Source: an uncultured Legionellales bacterium (GTDB taxonomy: Bacteria > Pseudomonadota > Gammaproteobacteria > UBA1113). From it: a stretch of 64,000 nt of DNA. Both the position numbers and the translations under genes were made by a program. This document shows, in pieces, positions 61,548 to 64,000 of this stretch. The stretch is taken from NCBI GenBank assembly GCA_945957175.1, contig CAMFJL010000011.1, positions 3,830-67,829 on the forward strand, written 5' to 3'. A model generated the notes under the pieces. It saw only the letters and a list, made by a program, of their open reading frames with translations, did not search any database and was not told the DNA's origin. How positions within the stretch are numbered: position 1 is the first letter of the stretch; every line of letters starts with the position of its first letter.

Positions 61548-62147
61548 ATGTCAAATATTATTTTTAATACGCCAAAACAAATAAAATTAACCGATATTTT
61601 TTTTACAAATATTGCCGTGAAAAACTTTCAAGAAATTTATAATGAATTAAGCAGAGTTATTGATTGCAGTTATTTTTCTTATGCAATAGAAACTGTAGAT
61701 AATAAACGAGTACATTATTATAGTCGCGAAGACTGGCAAGAAGCATTTATTAAAGATAGGCTTATTTTAGACTGCCCGCTACTAAAGTTTGCCAGGCAAT
61801 CCAAAGTAACAATGCTAAGCTGGAGTAGTCTATCCAGTAGCTTAAGTAAGAAAGAACGTAGGGTAATGAGCGCCAGAGAAAGCTTTGACATTGGTAATGG
61901 CGTTGGAATCAGACAAACTTTACCTGGTGGTTTAATTGAGATGAGCACATTAGCTTCATATAGGGATAATTATGAATTTCCCCAAAAATTTATGAAAAAT
62001 AAAGACATTATAAAAGAGAATATTCGACATATACGTACCATAGCCCTGAGTTCGTTAGCCATTCAAGGACTGTTAAGCTATGATGCCTTTAGTTTGTTAA
62101 TAAACTTATTAAATACATCTATGCCAACCAGTCACATATTACAGTAA
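61548..62147 (+). CDS. LuxR-type autoinducer-binding-domain protein lacking the C-terminal HTH
   Basis: ...EAFIKDRLILDCPLLKFARQSKVTMLSW... and ...IGNGVGIRQTLPGGLIEMSTLAS... resemble Autoind_bind motifs (Y..DP.....W and G.....P......S..). It is only 199 aa and has no GerE helix. Confidence 0.45.
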   Translation: MSNIIFNTPKQIKLTDIFFTNIAVKNFQEIYNELSRVIDCSYFSYAIETVDNKRVHYYSREDWQEAFIKDRLILDCPLLKFARQSKVTMLSWSSLSSSLSKKERRVMSARESFDIGNGVGIRQTLPGGLIEMSTLASYRDNYEFPQKFMKNKDIIKENIRHIRTIALSSLAIQGLLSYDAFSLLINLLNTSMPTSHILQ

Positions 62148-62167
62148 TTTTATTAAGGAGATAAATC

Positions 62168-62584
62168 GTGAGTACTGAAAGATATCATTTATATACTGGA
62201 ACTGTTCCTGTTAGATGGACAGACATGGACCTATATGGCATGGTTAATCACTCCAGAATATTTACCATAATGGAAGAGGCTCGTTGGCAGTGGTTTAATA
62301 GTTTAGCTAATAAGCCAAAGACCGATTGTGTATTTCCACTTGTTAATGCCAATGTTAATTTTAGAAAGAAAATAGAGTTTCCCTCCGAAATCATTGTAAA
62401 AATTTTTGTAGATAAGCCGGAGAAAAAAAGTTGGATCTTCTATCATGAACTTAGCACTACCATCGATCAAGACACAGTCTATGTTGACGGAATGATAACG
62501 TCAGTTGCATATAATATCAAAGAAAAAAAAGCCGTTGAAATTCCACAAGAATTTTTAGATATTATCTATCCAAAGAATCAATAA
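62168..62584 (+). CDS. Hotdog-fold acyl-CoA thioesterase of the 4HBT/YbgC type
   Basis: YTGTVPVRWTDMDLYGMVNHSRIFTIMEEARWQWF is a 4HBT-family N-terminal motif with a catalytic Asp. It is 138 aa. Confidence 0.65.
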   Translation: MSTERYHLYTGTVPVRWTDMDLYGMVNHSRIFTIMEEARWQWFNSLANKPKTDCVFPLVNANVNFRKKIEFPSEIIVKIFVDKPEKKSWIFYHELSTTIDQDTVYVDGMITSVAYNIKEKKAVEIPQEFLDIIYPKNQ

Positions 62585-62603
62585 TATTTATTGAGAAAAC
62601 GCC

Positions 62604-63800
62604 ATGAAAAATTATGATGTTGCCATCGTTGGAGCCGGCATAGCCGGCTGCGCGGCCGCTATACTTTTTGCAAAAAAAGGACTAACTGTTGCATTAGTTG
62701 AAAAGAAACAGAACCATGATTATTATAAAATATTATGTACGCACACAATACAGTCTAGCGCCATACCAACGATGCTGCGCGTGGGACTAGGCGATTTTAT
62801 AGAAACCGCTGGAGGCAAGTATACACATCATGAATTGTGGACGAGCTATGGATGGATAAAAAGAAGTGAACGAAGTAGCAATGATATCAGCACTAAAGGT
62901 TATAATATTAGCAGAGCATTATTAGACCCAGAATTGAAGAGACTCGCTCTACGAGAAAGTAATGTCGATTATATTACAGGCGATATTGAAGATTTTCATT
63001 TAGACTTAGATAAAACATGCATCATTGATATAAAAACACCTAAAAAAACAATATTAAAATTGAAATCAAAAATTTTAGTTGGTGCAGATGGTTCGAGATC
63101 CAAAACGGCTAAGATTGGGAATGTCAACGTTGTTTCAAAACCCAACTATCGCTTTACATACTATGCTTATTTTAAACATGAAAGTTTTAAAAATATACAT
63201 GAATCTAAAATGTGGTTTTTGAATCCTAATATCGCTTATGCATTTCCAAATGAGAATGATATTATGCTTTTATGTTGTGGCATTCATAAATCACAACTCC
63301 TAGAGTTTAAGAAAAATATAAAAAATAACTTTATTAATTTTTTTAAAGATCTAGATGATTCACCTTATATAGAAGAAATGGAGCAAGTAACAGACTTTAT
63401 TGGCACATTGAGAATGGAGAATATCTATAGAGAAAATTATCCTGAACGACTAGCTTTGATTGGTGATGCTACATTAACGTCAGATCCAGCCTCTGGTGTC
63501 GGTATCGCATGGGCATTCCAGTCTGCAGAAATGTTGGTGGAGCATACTGCAGATAGCATCCTTTTTGAATATAACGTTGATGATGCATTAGCAAATTATT
63601 ATAAAGCTCATAAAAAATATTTTAAACCCCATCACGATATTATCTCAAAAGATTCGCTAGCCAAACCATTTGGCGATGCTGCTAATTTTATATATTCTAC
63701 GGCAGTGAATAATTCAGATTTGGCTGATAGTTTTTTCGATTTTTGTGCTAGAAGAATAGGTGTTAATGATTTTTTCTCTACTTTGGAGAGTTTGAAATAA
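62604..63800 (+). CDS. FAD-dependent monooxygenase/oxidoreductase (PHBH/UbiH-like fold)
   Basis: YDVAIVGAGIAGCAAAILFAKKGLTVALVEKK (GxGxxG dinucleotide fold), LVGADGSRS and IGDA are present. There is no halogenase WxWxIP motif. Confidence 0.7.
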   Translation: MKNYDVAIVGAGIAGCAAAILFAKKGLTVALVEKKQNHDYYKILCTHTIQSSAIPTMLRVGLGDFIETAGGKYTHHELWTSYGWIKRSERSSNDISTKGYNISRALLDPELKRLALRESNVDYITGDIEDFHLDLDKTCIIDIKTPKKTILKLKSKILVGADGSRSKTAKIGNVNVVSKPNYRFTYYAYFKHESFKNIHESKMWFLNPNIAYAFPNENDIMLLCCGIHKSQLLEFKKNIKNNFINFFKDLDDSPYIEEMEQVTDFIGTLRMENIYRENYPERLALIGDATLTSDPASGVGIAWAFQSAEMLVEHTADSILFEYNVDDALANYYKAHKKYFKPHHDIISKDSLAKPFGDAANFIYSTAVNNSDLADSFFDFCARRIGVNDFFSTLESLK

Positions 63801-63872
63801 ATTTATTTCGCTATTTCAACAATCACTCATTAATCTCTTAAAAAAACAAATGTAACTTGAGGATTTTTAATC

Positions 63873-64000
63873 ATGGAATATAACACTGATAAACATTATA
63901 TTAATGTTAATGATATCAACCTGCATGTACTTACTGCAGGTGATGGGTTTCCTTTAGTTCTACTTCATGGTTTCCCACAAACATCTTATGTATGGCGGAA
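63873..64000 (+). CDS. Alpha/beta-hydrolase-fold protein; only the N-terminal fragment falls in the window
   Basis: MEYNTDKHYINVNDINLHVLTAGDGFPLVLLHGFPQTSYVWR is the HGxP oxyanion-hole context of epoxide-hydrolase or haloalkane-dehalogenase-like enzymes. Confidence 0.6.
   Translation, partial: MEYNTDKHYINVNDINLHVLTAGDGFPLVLLHGFPQTSYVWR

Overview
This 64-kb window is a mosaic chromosome segment from a roughly 40% GC gammaproteobacterium that looks like a member of the Legionellales. The call rests on Dot/Icm type IVB secretion genes sitting beside many eukaryotic-like ankyrin, LRR, pentapeptide and TPR proteins.

- **1-13.0 kb, minus strand:** the conserved transcription and translation cluster secE-nusG-rplK-rplA-rplJ-rplL-rpoB-rpoC with tRNA-Trp. 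Both ends of the usual tuf...rpoC-rpsL-rpsG-fusA arrangement are broken. rpoC is followed by a strong terminator and a PEBP/YbhB-family gene, and a DipZ-like gene sits where tuf is expected.
- **15-18.6 kb:** peptidoglycan-recycling genes amgK and murU, an OmpA-type lipoprotein, and epmA.
- **18.6-26.9 kb:** a compact partial Dot/Icm locus. It carries dotL(icmO), dotM(icmP), an unrecognised 274-aa gene where icmR/icmQ normally sits, icmS and icmT. dotD, dotC and dotB run divergently, and a phosphoribosyltransferase gene starts right after the dotB stop.
- **27.0-41.3 kb:** tRNA-Ser(GGA) anchors a roughly 14-kb accessory island. It is punctuated by at least 7 copies of a structured, tRNA-3'-end-derived repeat about 150-180 nt long. 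The island carries an RNI-type LRR protein, duplicated AbrB-family genes, higBA with a perfect 32-bp palindromic operator, and a 1015-aa pentapeptide-repeat protein with an S/T- and E-rich tail. It also holds an orphan antitoxin, a LuxR regulator and two ankyrin proteins.
- **41.8-46.9 kb:** a secreted protein, then copC and copD. Next is a zupT-zur zinc module with two clear Zur boxes; one of them lies upstream of a Cys/His-rich unknown gene.
- **46.9-51.2 kb:** three tandem TPR-plus-GT9-like glycosyltransferase modules, two of them fused into one 957-aa ORF.
- **51.4-64 kb:**
  - csaA-like and mazG-like genes, then tRNA(CAT).
  - A tight minus-strand operon I did not recognise as a known pathway: small protein, PLP decarboxylase, AMP-ligase, EamA exporter, isochorismatase-like hydrolase, GluRS paralog and GAPDH/E4PDH paralog.
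  - A plus-strand module: S24/LexA-like repressor, an autoinducer-binding-domain protein without an HTH, a hotdog thioesterase, a flavin monooxygenase and an alpha/beta hydrolase.

No integrase, transposase, CRISPR array or rRNA was seen.
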